DNA of 45,646 nt from Oligoflexales bacterium (GTDB taxonomy: Bacteria; Bdellovibrionota_B; Oligoflexia; Oligoflexales; Bog-1112): NCBI GenBank assembly GCA_045105515.1, contig JBGCDR010000003.1:1-45646 (forward strand), read 5' to 3'. The position numbers and the translations under genes were made by a program. Shown in pieces: positions 18,265 through 28,062 of the stretch. Below the pieces are notes generated by a model. It was not told the origin of the DNA. It ran no database searches and saw only the letters and a program-made list of their open reading frames with translations. The stretch's first letter is position 1; every line of letters begins with the position of its first letter.

Positions 18265-19272
18265 TTAGAATGAGATGAGCATAACAGCTATACTAAGTCC
18301 AGCAGATGTGCCAATAAAAAGAATTTTTGACCCTCTTGATGGTGCATGAGACATTATCGTTTCATGCAGTGCCATCGGGATCGAAGCTGAGATTATATTG
18401 CCGCAATCAGCAACAATATTTGCAAGTTTGTGATCTGGAATATTTAGTTTTTTTTGTAAGATTCGGATACTGGGCATGCTAGCTTGATGAGGGATCACAT
18501 GTGAAACATCTTTCATACTGAGGCCTAGAGGGGCGAGCGCTCCTTCTACCATTCTAGGTAAAAAACGTGAAGAGAGCTTAAAGAGTTTGGTGCCATCCAT
18601 TTGAAAAAGATAATCTTCATGATTTTCCTGGGTGTGCAGACTTGCATGGGAATTTGAAAGTCCCCCTTTTATATTGCAGATATCATGATACTGGCCCAAG
18701 CTGATCATATTATAAGAATCTATATGGGATTTTTCTGAAATTTTGGGGTCGTTTGGGCCAACTACAACAGCAGCAGCACCATCTCCAAAAAGGCAAGCAC
18801 TTTCTTTGTGCTCCCAGTTGATACCAACTGATGCTATGTCAGAGGATACGATTAGAATATTTGTATGTTCTCCTGAAGAGATCAAATGAGATGCTAGATT
18901 AAATGCAGGCATAAAGCTAAGGCAGGTACAATTAATATCAAAAGCAGGAATTTCAAACTGGGAAAGTCCTAGCTTGTCCTGAATAAAAACCGCATTACAC
19001 GGGATTGGTTGCTGTGCAACTCCTGATGCTGATATGATTAACGAAAGATCATTTGGAAGAATCCCTGCATTTTTTAGTGCTTGTTTTGCAGCTTCTGCAC
19101 CCATGTAAGTGGTGGTTTCAGTTTCACCATCTGCAAAGTATCGTTTTGCAACTCCCGTACGGTTCAAGACCCAGTCCGTGCTTATGCCTGCCTTTTTCGC
19201 AATTTCTGGTGCTCCTACCATGCGTTTCGGAAGGTATTTTCCTGTGCCAAGTATTCTGATTTGCTTGTTCAC
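18265..19272 (-). CDS. 3-oxoacyl-ACP synthase III (FabH-like) family protein
   Basis: GTGKYLP, catalytic Cys in DINCTCLSF, FGDGAAA, PHQAS (His) and GNIISAS (Asn). Confidence 0.9.
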   Translation of the reverse strand: MNKQIRILGTGKYLPKRMVGAPEIAKKAGISTDWVLNRTGVAKRYFADGETETTTYMGAEAAKQALKNAGILPNDLSLIISASGVAQQPIPCNAVFIQDKLGLSQFEIPAFDINCTCLSFMPAFNLASHLISSGEHTNILIVSSDIASVGINWEHKESACLFGDGAAAVVVGPNDPKISEKSHIDSYNMISLGQYHDICNIKGGLSNSHASLHTQENHEDYLFQMDGTKLFKLSSRFLPRMVEGALAPLGLSMKDVSHVIPHQASMPSIRILQKKLNIPDHKLANIVADCGNIISASIPMALHETIMSHAPSRGSKILFIGTSAGLSIAVMLISF

Positions 19273-19743
19273 ATAGCCCCCTACCCTTTATATATATGCC
19301 ATTCCTATTAAGGTTAATTAATTAAGGTAACAGCAAGCTTTTTATCTATTTTTTTGTCGTGAATTGAAAGTATAAAATTTTTTATGGAGTCTAATAAGCT
19401 ATAAATCGTATTTTTTATACAATCTATTACTCTTATAATTAGTAATTTAAAGTAATCTATTTTAATGAATAAAACGGACTTGCTTAATGTTATGATGAAC
19501 TGTTTCAGGTCTTCTCAGTTTAAATTCCTAATAAATATTTGAGAATTTATAGGTATTGATAAAATACGTCTTTGACGCGGGGCGATCCATTTATTGAAAT
19601 TCTAATCTCCAAATTAAATTAAACTACACAAATTTATCCGTTTATAACAAACTGTGATTTTAGTATGGTGCAAGTACTCCGCATAATATATTGGCACTTA
19701 AAACAAATTAAATTCAAAGATCAATTTAAGAGAGGATTTTATT

Positions 19744-20070
19744 TTGAAGGTCATTCGATGAACCGGTAAAGTTTAGAGTCTTAATGATATTCCACCCCTG
19801 GGTTTGCAATGAGTCTTAGTAGATTTGGATTTAAGACTGTATTAGGCGGCTGGGACTCCTAAAGGCCCTGCGACAGCTCTTAGTTTTATTCGACCAAGAG
19901 GGCAGGTTGTTTTGCAGCTGTAGACCTTACGATTAAGCCCAAGCTTTACTTAAAATGGAGGGCATTGATCTAAGCCCTTTCATTTCGAAGAGCATCCTCT
20001 TGAGCAAGGGGTTAAGGTTATAAATAAAGTATTGGAGCCTGCAAACCTAAAGAAACTACTTCAAATATAA
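19744..20070 (+). pseudogene. Degraded MDR/Zn-dependent alcohol dehydrogenase gene
   Basis: Collinear fragments MKVIR*TGKV*SLNDIP; *AAGTPKGPATALSFIRPRGQVVLQ; CRPYD*AQALLKMEGIDLSPFIS; EHPLEQGVKVINKVLEPANLKKLLQI*. These resemble the MDR patterns EATG..G...Al...RPRG.vVLK, CGPF..AL.LL and PL...A...KVLL. Stops, frameshifts and large deletions are present. Confidence 0.65.
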
Positions 20071-20169
20071 GTTCAAATTCTATTCAACCGAAATTTTTTA
20101 TCGAAAATTGCATCAGCTGTGATAGTTAAGAAGTCATCAATGAATTGATATGCGAATTGGTAGGAAACT

Positions 20170-21459
20170 ATGTCAGAAAATATTTTTGAAGATGCAATTT
20201 CACGTTTAGATAAAGCTTGTAAAGAATCAGATATTTACCCTGAGGCGATTGAGCAGCTTAAGCATCCGAAGCAAGTCCTTGAAGTATCGGTTCCAGTACG
20301 TATGGACGATGGTTCACTGAAGGTGTTTAAAGGTTTTCGGGTCAGGCACATGGATTTCAGAGGGCCTACGAAAGGAGGCATCCGCTTCCATCCTAATGTT
20401 AATAGAGAAGAAGTGCTAGCTCTTGCTTTTTGGATGTCATTCAAGTGTGCTGTTGTGGGTATACCTTATGGAGGAGCGAAGGGGGGAGTGTGTGTAGATC
20501 CTAAAAGCTTGTCGCGCCTTGAACTTGAACGTCTAGCTCGGTCCTATGTGGAGAGAATTGCAGACTTTATCGGTCCTGATGTTGATATTCCAGCACCTGA
20601 TGTTTATACGAATGCGATGATCATGGGGTGGATGATGGATGAGTATTCGATGATAAGACGCAAGCATACTCCTGCTGTCATTACCGGGAAACCCATTCCA
20701 TTAGGTGGCAGTCTTGGTCGAGAAGATGCCACAGGCCGAGGAGCTTACTACTGCATCAAGGAAATGGAGAAAGAAAATGCCTGGAACCCTAGAGAAATAA
20801 CTGTAGCTGTGCAAGGCTTTGGAAATGCTGGTCAGCATGTCGCCCGGCTTTTATTTGCCGATGGATATAAAGTTGTTGCTATTAGTGATTCCCAAGGAGG
20901 TATTTTTCTTGAAGACGGCTTTGATGTTCCGTCCATTGTTCACATGAAGGAGGAAAGTAAGCTCGTCAAGGCTGTTTACTGCAAAGGCTCAGTATGCGAA
21001 GCAATTGAAGCTAAAAAAATTAGTAATCGTGAACTCCTTGAATTAGATGTGGATATCCTAATCCCTTCTGCACTCGAGAACCAAATCACTGCCGAGAATG
21101 CTCCGCGCGTTAAAGCAAAAACTATTGTGGAAGTAGCGAATGGTCCTATTAATTCAGAAGCAGACGCTATCTTGTTGGAACGAGGCATAGAAATTATTCC
21201 CGATATTCTGGCAAATGCTGGTGGTGTTGTGGTGAGTTATTATGAGTGGGTACAAAATCGTAATGGTCTCTACTGGGAAGAAGATCAAGTGCACACAAAG
21301 CTTAGAGAAACTATGAGCAATTCATTCCAGAAGGTGCTGACTACTCAGAAAAGAAAACATATTGATATGAGGACAGCTGCATATGTTTGCGCACTCGATT
21401 CTATCGGTGAGTCTATTGCTGCAGGTGGGACCATGGAATATTTTACCCATATGGCCTAA
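20170..21459 (+). CDS. gdhA: Glu/Leu/Phe/Val dehydrogenase (glutamate dehydrogenase)
   Basis: GPTKGGIRFHP, GGAKGG, DIPAPDV, ATGRG, QGFGNAG and PDILANAGGV. Confidence 0.93.
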   Translation: MSENIFEDAISRLDKACKESDIYPEAIEQLKHPKQVLEVSVPVRMDDGSLKVFKGFRVRHMDFRGPTKGGIRFHPNVNREEVLALAFWMSFKCAVVGIPYGGAKGGVCVDPKSLSRLELERLARSYVERIADFIGPDVDIPAPDVYTNAMIMGWMMDEYSMIRRKHTPAVITGKPIPLGGSLGREDATGRGAYYCIKEMEKENAWNPREITVAVQGFGNAGQHVARLLFADGYKVVAISDSQGGIFLEDGFDVPSIVHMKEESKLVKAVYCKGSVCEAIEAKKISNRELLELDVDILIPSALENQITAENAPRVKAKTIVEVANGPINSEADAILLERGIEIIPDILANAGGVVVSYYEWVQNRNGLYWEEDQVHTKLRETMSNSFQKVLTTQKRKHIDMRTAAYVCALDSIGESIAAGGTMEYFTHMA

Positions 21460-22763
21460 AAGACATTCCAAGGATATTGGAAAATTAGCACTGGCTGTTT
21501 GCCCTCTGGCCCACTTGCAAGATCCATGCGTACAATAAAGCCAGAGGCTAATATAAACCTAATCCCTCCTCCGAAGGATGGTTTATATTGATCAAGCTGC
21601 AGCAATTCTTCTTTCTTATCTGTAGCAATACCTTTTTCATAGAAAAAAGCAAACTGCACTCCAGTGCGTATTCCACTTAAAATTCCAATATTAAATGGTG
21701 AAACCTCTTGAGTAAGGTTAATACGTGCTTCTGTGCCAAAGGTTTGCGTGTGCGCCCCTACAAATCGATTCGTTGGATATGCCTGTAGTCTTTGTGTCCC
21801 ACCGATAGGTACAGAAGTGCCGTGTCGGTTTGCAGCTAATTGATCAGCAAGGAGCTTGGCTTCGTGATATATGCATCTTTCAGCTTCTGATCCATTTAAA
21901 TCAGAGCATCTTAGGCCGAGGGTCGCACGCACTTCATCTGGATTAAGCTCTCCTTCTCGATACAAAATAGAATCTGAGCGATAGAAATTAAATACCCAGG
22001 TGCTGTGGGAAAGAAAAGGGATGTGATAGAGTAAGTTATAATCCATATTATAGTGGTATGCTTCTTGTTTACCGGGGTCTTGTTTGTCATAACGAAATAA
22101 TTCTAAAACTGCTCCATTTCTAGGATCTGCTCGGTCATCAGCAAAATCAGCGACAATTCCGTAGCTAAGGCTAAAACTTTCATTGTGAGAAGACGAAAAG
22201 GGTGAAATTTTTTCTCCATCGAGATCGTATAAGCCATCGATATTTTGTCTTTGGCGATTTATACCAACATTTAATTGTAAGCGCCTTTCGAATAAACGGT
22301 AATTTACCTGAGCTAGAGAAACTTCGAAAAAATCAAAATGTTGGTATAAGGCATCATCTGGATTAGAGTGAATGGTGCGTCTATGAGTTTCAACAGCTGC
22401 TTGATTAAAAATGTTGTAAAACAGATTTAGAGTCATTTTATGGTCTAAAATCGGGGTGTCCACAACTCCTAAACCCCCTCCAGAAATTTCCCCCCAAAAT
22501 CTATATGAAAAGATGTCAGACTCTGAACCGAAAACATTAAACAAACCCCCTATGATTCCATAGAAAAAACCGAATCCGGGAATATTTGCTGCGGCAGGTG
22601 TGAGGATGTGTCCATTGCTTGTCCTGTTTTGATCTTGGCGTCTATTTGGCAGCCAGGAAGACTCAGGAGTATGTGGCAGATTTTCGGCTATAATTTGAGA
22701 ACTATCTAGAGCTAGAAATATGACGATTGATAGCACTTTAAACTTTGGCTTTAGGTCTTTCAC
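21456..22763 (-). CDS. Omp85/BamA-TamA-like barrel protein without POTRA domains
   Basis: Signal peptide. D..DDRADPRNG, GGTQRLQAYPTNRF (variant of GG..LRGY) and FGGGIRF. Terminal Phe. Confidence 0.7.
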   Translation of the reverse strand: MKDLKPKFKVLSIVIFLALDSSQIIAENLPHTPESSWLPNRRQDQNRTSNGHILTPAAANIPGFGFFYGIIGGLFNVFGSESDIFSYRFWGEISGGGLGVVDTPILDHKMTLNLFYNIFNQAAVETHRRTIHSNPDDALYQHFDFFEVSLAQVNYRLFERRLQLNVGINRQRQNIDGLYDLDGEKISPFSSSHNESFSLSYGIVADFADDRADPRNGAVLELFRYDKQDPGKQEAYHYNMDYNLLYHIPFLSHSTWVFNFYRSDSILYREGELNPDEVRATLGLRCSDLNGSEAERCIYHEAKLLADQLAANRHGTSVPIGGTQRLQAYPTNRFVGAHTQTFGTEARINLTQEVSPFNIGILSGIRTGVQFAFFYEKGIATDKKEELLQLDQYKPSFGGGIRFILASGFIVRMDLASGPEGKQPVLIFQYPWNVF

Positions 22764-22804
22764 GTTAATTTTAGCTCTTTATTAAGGTGATAGGAATAGG
22801 AGTG

Positions 22805-22831
22805 GGATCGGTATTTGCGAAAAAATGTTTA
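22805..22831 (-). promoter_or_regulatory. Sigma28/FliA-type promoter
   Basis: TAAA-N15-ACCGATCC on the - strand, about 40 nt upstream of the Omp85-like gene. Confidence 0.6.
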
Positions 22832-22851
22832 ATTTGGAATGATTAAGTGAT

Positions 22852-23778
22852 CTATTTGGCCTTTTTTAAGGTAATTAAACTTACTTCTCCCTTACAATTA
22901 ATTCTTAAAGGAATCGTACTAGTTCCAGCTCCTTTACTTGTGTAGCCGAGCATATTTTTATATCGCCATAGACCTGCAGCAAATTTTCTTTCAACACCAT
23001 GGGTAAATATAGGAAAAGGTAGGCAGACCTGGCCCCCATGGGTATGTCCTGTTAGATACAAATTAAACCCATTATTTTCTGCTAATTCAAAAACTTCGGG
23101 AGAATGCACGGCAATAATTTTAAAGGCATTTGGAGACCTCTTTAGAGCTGGCAATACCCATGGTGTATAAAAATAGTGTACATCATCAAGTCCGGTAATA
23201 TATATTTCTTGTTCTTTTTCGGAAATTGCGATGGTCTCGTTTACTAGGACTTTAATCCCCAAATTTTCTAATAACTCATAAGCTTCATAGGTATCATGGT
23301 TTCCTAATACACAAATGATCCCATTTTTGGAGTTTATATTCTTTTTAAGGAACTTAATTTGGGGAATTATTTGTGAAAAAGGCAGTTTATAGTGATCCCT
23401 TAGGTCTCCAGTGATGATTGCTAAATCAACTTTTTCATCTTTTGTGTGTTTAGAAATCATTTCTTCAACTTTAGGCAAACAATCTAGGTGGAGATCACTA
23501 AGGTGTAGGATTTTGAAGTTATCAAATGCCGAGGGAAGGTCGACAAATTGGAGCTTGATATCTTTTTTTTCAAGATTTTTTGCTCTCTCTTGCCACCTTG
23601 ATCGTCCGGTTAGTCCAATAATAAAATTAGCAAGTGCAATAATCCATGAAAGGAATTTAACTTTTTTAGGTTTTTTCCCATGAGAGTCTTGTTTAAAAAC
23701 AGAATGCTCAATAGCATGTCTTCTATTCTTCCAATCAATTAGTGAACAAGACCTGGCAATATGGGTTCTTAGGGTCAT
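22852..23778 (-). CDS. Calcineurin-like metallophosphoesterase (YkuE/YaeI-like)
   Basis: SDLH, TGD, LGNHD, HSPE and GHTHGGQ. Confidence 0.9.
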   Translation of the reverse strand: MTLRTHIARSCSLIDWKNRRHAIEHSVFKQDSHGKKPKKVKFLSWIIALANFIIGLTGRSRWQERAKNLEKKDIKLQFVDLPSAFDNFKILHLSDLHLDCLPKVEEMISKHTKDEKVDLAIITGDLRDHYKLPFSQIIPQIKFLKKNINSKNGIICVLGNHDTYEAYELLENLGIKVLVNETIAISEKEQEIYITGLDDVHYFYTPWVLPALKRSPNAFKIIAVHSPEVFELAENNGFNLYLTGHTHGGQVCLPFPIFTHGVERKFAAGLWRYKNMLGYTSKGAGTSTIPLRINCKGEVSLITLKKAK

Positions 23779-23811
23779 TGTGGTCCTACTGAGCTCAAAG
23801 AAATTCTCTAA

Positions 23812-24234
23812 TTATGAGGCAGATTTGGAAATATGGGTGCTGTATCTGCGAACAAAATCCTCTAAAGTTTTGCGGTCGTTTGCATCAAATGCTTCGAATT
23901 GTATTCCCATCCCTGGGGTTAAATCCTGTCTTCCATCTATTGGATCCTGAACCCATATTACCTTACCTTTTGTACTTAAAGTTTGCTTGCTATCTGGAAT
24001 GGTAAAGGTAAGCTCCAGCTCACTACCCTGTTTTTTAGGGTTTTTTGTTTCTATAAAAACCCCACCTTCTCCAAGGTCTTTGCAAAAATCAAAAAGGTAG
24101 GTACCATCGGATTTATAGTCAACTAGAAGTTGAATTGGTATCCGGGTACCTGACGCTCTGTTGTCCTTTGAGCCTCCCTTCTCGGAAGCAGTTGCCTTGG
24201 TTGTCGTTTTTTTGTTTTTGCTTTTAGATGCCAT
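23812..24234 (-). CDS. PilZ-domain protein (TIGR02266-like)
   Basis: DLGEGGVFIET, GKVIWV and PGMGIQF. Confidence 0.85.
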   Translation of the reverse strand: MASKSKNKKTTTKATASEKGGSKDNRASGTRIPIQLLVDYKSDGTYLFDFCKDLGEGGVFIETKNPKKQGSELELTFTIPDSKQTLSTKGKVIWVQDPIDGRQDLTPGMGIQFEAFDANDRKTLEDFVRRYSTHISKSAS

Positions 24235-24270
24235 GATTGACTCCTTGATCTTGGGGAGTAAACTTTAATG

Positions 24271-25326
24271 TTAGCGACGATTTCTTTGAGCTTTTACTAA
24301 TTTTTTGACATATCTATTGTGCTCTTGCAATGTTTTTGAGAAATGATGCCGGCTTTCTCCTCCGGGGAGAAGAACATAAAAATAGTATCCCTCATTTGCG
24401 GGTTTTAAAACAGCCATTAAGGATGAAATGCTAGGAGCGCCAATTGGTCCGGGTGGTAGACCTTGTCTAACCCGACTATTATAAGGATTTTTTTTATCTT
24501 TTAGGTGTTTAAAAGTTAGATTGCCATCAAAATTCTTGATTCCATAGATGATCGATGCGTCAATCCCAAGTGGCATCCGTTTTTTTAAACGATTCCAAAT
24601 GACTTCAGAAACCAGAGGTTTCTCTTCTTCAAGCATAGTTTCTTTTTCAATTAACGAAGCGATAATTATAGCTTTATAAAGAGAAATTCCTAGTTCATTG
24701 CAATTTTTAATGTAGGTTTTAGGTAACCTTGAAAAAAATTCTTTAGTCATTTTTTTAAAAGCTTCCTTTTCGGAAGGTTTTTTATGATGATATCTATATG
24801 TAGCTGGGTAGATAAATCCTTCAAGGGAGCTAGCCTCAATGCCAAGAGACTTAATAAAAGCTTTGTTTCTGCTCAGTTTTTCAAGCTTGTCTAGGGTTCC
24901 AATTTCTAGCCTTACAAGCCGATTAAGAACTTGGCTTAAGGTGAATCCTTCCGGAATCGTATATTCGAGGACGACAGGCATATATGTGTCACCTGAGATA
25001 AACTTATCCATAATGCCTGCTGGCGAGACAGATCCTTTAAACTCATATTGTCCTGCCTGCACACGTTCAAATTTTCCTCCAGAGCGTACCCATAGTTTGA
25101 AGGTCCATGCATGATCTATTAGTCCGTTTTCCTCTAAATTTGCTGCTAAATCGTTTAACCTAACTCCCTTTTCTACTTTGAGCAAAACTAGTGAACCATC
25201 GCTTAACTGCTCTTTGTGGCTCCAATTTTTAAGATAGAAAAATGTAGCAAAAACACCAGATACTACTAAAAAAACAAGTGCCAGTGATGTTCTTAGAACT
25301 AATTTTGAATGTTTAAAACTTGCCAA
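24271..25326 (-). CDS. mltG: Endolytic transglycosylase MltG
   Basis: N-terminal TM helix, TIPEG, LEGFIYPATY, ASLIEKET, NRLKKRMPLGID and GLPPGPI. Confidence 0.95.
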   Translation of the reverse strand: MASFKHSKLVLRTSLALVFLVVSGVFATFFYLKNWSHKEQLSDGSLVLLKVEKGVRLNDLAANLEENGLIDHAWTFKLWVRSGGKFERVQAGQYEFKGSVSPAGIMDKFISGDTYMPVVLEYTIPEGFTLSQVLNRLVRLEIGTLDKLEKLSRNKAFIKSLGIEASSLEGFIYPATYRYHHKKPSEKEAFKKMTKEFFSRLPKTYIKNCNELGISLYKAIIIASLIEKETMLEEEKPLVSEVIWNRLKKRMPLGIDASIIYGIKNFDGNLTFKHLKDKKNPYNSRVRQGLPPGPIGAPSISSLMAVLKPANEGYYFYVLLPGGESRHHFSKTLQEHNRYVKKLVKAQRNRR

Positions 25327-25750
25327 CTTATAGAACCTTAGCTAAAGCTTGACTTACCTTCATCACGCCCTCTCATTGATGGAAGAGATCTTATCTTCCG
25401 GAGAAATATTTTTTGGGGGGGGGCCTCCACGAACATGTAATAAGATATCACACCTGATTCTTGATTTTTTTTCAAGTAACATTCTGAGAATTATATATAA
25501 TTTATATTTTTTTGTTTTTGATAGAATTTTTTTTTGCTATGTATTATGCTGTGCCCGTGAAAGTTCCTCAAGCTCGGTTAGTCTCTGTTTATAGAAGATA
25601 ATTCTTTTTAAAATCAGTATCATATATTGCTTTTGCGACCGGCAAGCTTTCATTTTTGGGCAATAGAGAATGGTCACAAAAGGTAACTATTGCTGGAGTT
25701 TACCAGGAAAAATTTTTCTATTTAATTTTTATGTAAGGCTTAGGTTCGTC

Positions 25751-26602
25751 ATGAAACTTGACCAGAGGATAAACGAAGAAAAATATGCTATGGCTTGGGC
25801 GCAGCTTTGGTCTCAGTATCCTCTTGAACACAAGACATTAAATTGCCTACAAGAGCGCATAGGATATAACTTCTTAAATCCTCCATTACTTTTTGAGGCC
25901 TTGAGTCATAGATCTGCAGTGGCTTCATTGAATACACGCGGTCCCCAGGGTACAGCTTCAAAAATAAGCTTGCCGTGGAATGAAAGGGTAGAGTTCCTCG
26001 GGGATGCCGTTTTGAATTTGGTCATAAGTACTTATCTGTGGAATTTAGAAGAAATTTATTCTGAGGGAGATCTATCGAGGATTAGGTCTTCGCTCGTCAA
26101 TGAAAAAAGCTTGGCGCAAATTGCTCGAGAGTTTCACTTAGCCGATTCAATATTGCTTGGCAAGGGAGAAGAAAAAGCAGGGGGTCGTAAACGTGATGCA
26201 CTGCTTGCTGATACTTTGGAAGCAGTTATTGGTGCAGTGTATCAAGATGGAGGCTTTGTAGCAGCTAGCAAGGTCATTCATAAACTATTTGAGAACACCC
26301 TTGCGCGACCTTTTATCCATGCAGTTTGTGACTATAAAACCAGGCTACAAGAGTGGGCACAAGACGTGTTTCGTAAGACTCCAAATTACAAGCTGATGTC
26401 GCAGTCTGGGCCTGACCACTCAAAGGATTTTGTGGTTGCAGTTTGCCTTGATGAATTAGAGTTAGCTCAAGGTGAAGGGCAAAGTAAAAAACGAGCATCA
26501 CAAAGTGCTGCAGAAAATGCTCTTAAAAAAATAAATATTAGAAGTGATACAACGAATGCAAGTCTCGAGGATATTTTTGCAGACTCGTTGAACGAGAAAT
26601 AG
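25751..26602 (+). CDS. rnc: Ribonuclease III
   Basis: ALSHRS, NERVEFLGDAVL, LADTLEAVIGA and dsRBD DYKTRLQE. ATG 25751 is preferred over 25670. Confidence 0.95.
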   Translation: MKLDQRINEEKYAMAWAQLWSQYPLEHKTLNCLQERIGYNFLNPPLLFEALSHRSAVASLNTRGPQGTASKISLPWNERVEFLGDAVLNLVISTYLWNLEEIYSEGDLSRIRSSLVNEKSLAQIAREFHLADSILLGKGEEKAGGRKRDALLADTLEAVIGAVYQDGGFVAASKVIHKLFENTLARPFIHAVCDYKTRLQEWAQDVFRKTPNYKLMSQSGPDHSKDFVVAVCLDELELAQGEGQSKKRASQSAAENALKKINIRSDTTNASLEDIFADSLNEK

Positions 26603-26615
26603 GAAGAACTGGTAT

Positions 26616-28004
26616 ATGATCTTTGGAACTGTAGCAATTATTGGTAGGCCAAATGTTGGCAAATCCACTCTATTTAACCGTTTAACCCGATCTTCAGCCT
26701 CTATTGTTGACGATACTCCAGGGGTGACCCGAGACCGCATTTATGGAACGGTTCAATATGATAAAAAGAAACCTGAAGGTGGTTTTACTTTGATAGACAC
26801 TGGAGGCTTTGAAACTGATGATTTTAAGTTTCAGCCTTTTAGTGAGAATTTGGTGTGGCAACAAACCGAACAAGCTGTTGCAGAAGCTGATCTAATTATT
26901 TTTCTTTTAGATGGTAAGCATGGTTTACATCAACATGATAGACTGATGCTACAGCAATTAGCTAATATAGATAAGCAAGTTTTGTTTGTGGTCAATAAAA
27001 TAGATGGCCTCGAGCAGGAAACCTTGGTGTGGGAATTTTATGGCTTAGGGGTTGAAAAGCTACATGCAGTCAGTGCTGCTCATAGTAAGGGTCTTTTTGA
27101 TCTTTTAGGAGAAATTAAGCAGTACCTTAGCCAAATTCCTAGTGCACGCATGCAAGCTGATTTGCAAGAAGGTACCAAAATTGCACTGATTGGTAAGCCT
27201 AACGCTGGTAAGTCTTCCATCCTCAACCGCTTGATCGGTGAAGATAGGAGCCTTGTTAGCCCTGTTGCAGGAACCACTCGTGACAGTATTGATACCTCTT
27301 TTACCTACAATAAAAAGCCATATGTTTTAATTGATACAGCCGGTATTAGACGACGGACCAAGGTAACAGAATATTTGGAAGTTCAAAGCGTTGTACGAAG
27401 TTTAAGGGCAATTGATCGTGCAGATGTTGTTGTAATTGTCATTGAAGCAACCGAAGGGATCACAGATCAAGATGCAAGGCTCATCAATTTAGCTGCGGAC
27501 CGTTTTAAACCCATGTTGCTTGTGGTCAATAAATGGGATCTTGTTGAAGAAAAAACTAGTCAGACCGCTCAAAACTATTTGAATAATATTAGGGAAATGT
27601 ACCTAAAAGACTTGGCTTATCTTCCAGTTCACTTTACCTCCTGTCTCGAGAATAAAAGAGTGCATCAGATTATGAGTAAAATTGAAACTCTGGTTGCTGA
27701 AAGCAGTCGTCAAGTTCCAACTTCCAAGGTAAACGAATCTTTGCAGAGTATGGTTGCTAGACATAGCCCACAAATTATTAAAAAATATTCCAAAAGACTT
27801 AAGTTTTATTATGCAACCCAGGTAAGGCATCAGCCTCCTACAATAGTCGTGATGTGCAACGTAGCGAATGAGATCCAAGACTCTTATAAACGCTATATGT
27901 TGAAAAGCTTCCGCAAAGATCTATCTTTCGAGCATGTGCCTGTACGGATGTTTCTGAGAGGTAAAAAAGAGGTAAAATCTAGAAAAGAGCGAGTTGAGAG
28001 TTGA
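26616..28004 (+). CDS. der: Ribosome biogenesis GTPase Der (EngA)
   Basis: Two G domains (GRPNVGKS/DTGG/NKID and GKPNAGKS/DTAG/NKWD) plus a KH-like tail. Confidence 0.97.
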   Translation: MIFGTVAIIGRPNVGKSTLFNRLTRSSASIVDDTPGVTRDRIYGTVQYDKKKPEGGFTLIDTGGFETDDFKFQPFSENLVWQQTEQAVAEADLIIFLLDGKHGLHQHDRLMLQQLANIDKQVLFVVNKIDGLEQETLVWEFYGLGVEKLHAVSAAHSKGLFDLLGEIKQYLSQIPSARMQADLQEGTKIALIGKPNAGKSSILNRLIGEDRSLVSPVAGTTRDSIDTSFTYNKKPYVLIDTAGIRRRTKVTEYLEVQSVVRSLRAIDRADVVVIVIEATEGITDQDARLINLAADRFKPMLLVVNKWDLVEEKTSQTAQNYLNNIREMYLKDLAYLPVHFTSCLENKRVHQIMSKIETLVAESSRQVPTSKVNESLQSMVARHSPQIIKKYSKRLKFYYATQVRHQPPTIVVMCNVANEIQDSYKRYMLKSFRKDLSFEHVPVRMFLRGKKEVKSRKERVES

Positions 28005-28062
28005 CAAAGCGACTCATCCAGGTGAAGAACTATAGGTGTTTTAATTTGGATGAGGTAAGCGC

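Noticed and set aside
25349..25750. 81-aa ORF at 25349 and the N-terminal extension of rnc from 25670
   Set aside because: Low-complexity AT-rich divergent promoter region with Phe/Ile-biased translations and no RBS.
28001..28035. TTGACA upstream of deoC as a sigma70 promoter
   Set aside because: No -10 element at 16-18 nt spacing.
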